Assembly: GCA_963809875.1 (NCBI GenBank)
Contig: CAWELC010000011.1
Coordinates: 1,275 to 65,274, forward strand
Direction of reading: 5' to 3'
Length of the DNA stretch: 64,000 nucleotides
DNA from: an uncultured delta proteobacterium
Lineage (GTDB): Bacteria; Desulfobacterota; Zymogenia; Zymogenales; Zymogenaceae
Part shown: positions 63,450-64,000 of the stretch, one piece after another
How the letters are laid out: every line of letters starts with the position of its first letter
Numbering within the stretch: the first letter of the stretch is position 1
Notes under the pieces: model-generated
Told to the model about the DNA's origin: nothing
What the model saw: the letters and a program-made list of their open reading frames with translations, nothing else
The model's database searches: none
Translations under genes and position numbers: made by a program

Positions 63450-64000
63450 GTGGACGAACAACGATAATAACAGTTGTTATATATCACATTAGGAATCACT
63501 AATAAGCCATGCACGGGCGCGACAGTCAGCACGAGACAAACCGAGGCGGAGACGGTGTCATCCGATGACTCGTAAACCTGTGCCGTCCTCAGGGGAACAC
63601 GTGGAGATATCCGGACAAATACCCTGTCTTTGCCCCCGGAGCGTGCTGCGTTGGCGCGACGGGAGCCATCCTGTCATTATCGACGCCTTTGGGATTGTCC
63701 GCCGCGCTTTTTCGACGGAGGGGACAGGGAATCCCGGTCATACGTCACCCTCTATTTCAGTTTCATGCAATGTTTACGGGTGACTTGAAACGGGATTGTT
63801 TCAACATTGTAACGCTACGCGGGGGAGTCTTTTGCGTGATTAAGTTGGTACCCCGATAACATATCGATATCGTTGACATATTATAAATCATCCGACGAGG
63901 CCGCACATGGTATGAGATTTGCTTATTATATCCTCTGGTGTTCTATGTGCAACGTGCACTCTCCATGCACTCTCCATGAATGATTCGGAACAGACCTGTG

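Noticed and set aside
63565-63783. 72-aa ORF in the terminal intergenic region
   Set aside because: No recognisable motif and atypical composition; not supportable.

Overview
GC-rich bacterial chromosomal window, mostly core and metabolic genes. Gene content and order resemble a deltaproteobacterial/Desulfobacterota-type genome (inference). Contents include a TetR-HlyD-ABC efflux operon, A-adding tRNA nucleotidyltransferase-S2P-scpA-scpB-rluB, a fabG-ACP-fabZ-like trio, pyk/lgt, coaD-rsmD-hisHAF, thiME/metY, a complete trpEGDCFBA operon, fucK and a Tat-subunit/GMC oxidoreductase pair. About 20 otherwise conserved genes carry apparent single-base indels, most likely uncorrected long-read errors, so they are called as CDS with approximate ends. 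Three signals stand out. (1) A Y1/HUH REP-associated tyrosine transposase (17482-18126) is bracketed by two 27-bp perfect inverted-repeat doublets that share a 19-bp core, have unit-specific self-complementary flanks and 30/31-nt AT-rich spacers; its promoter abuts the left doublet. (2) The adjacent DUF3179-like gene, split in the ORF track, is a probable selenoprotein (UxxC motif plus SECIS-like hairpin). (3) An unannotated Trp leader peptide is followed by twin terminators upstream of trpE. All family assignments come from motif recognition by eye; no database search was run.
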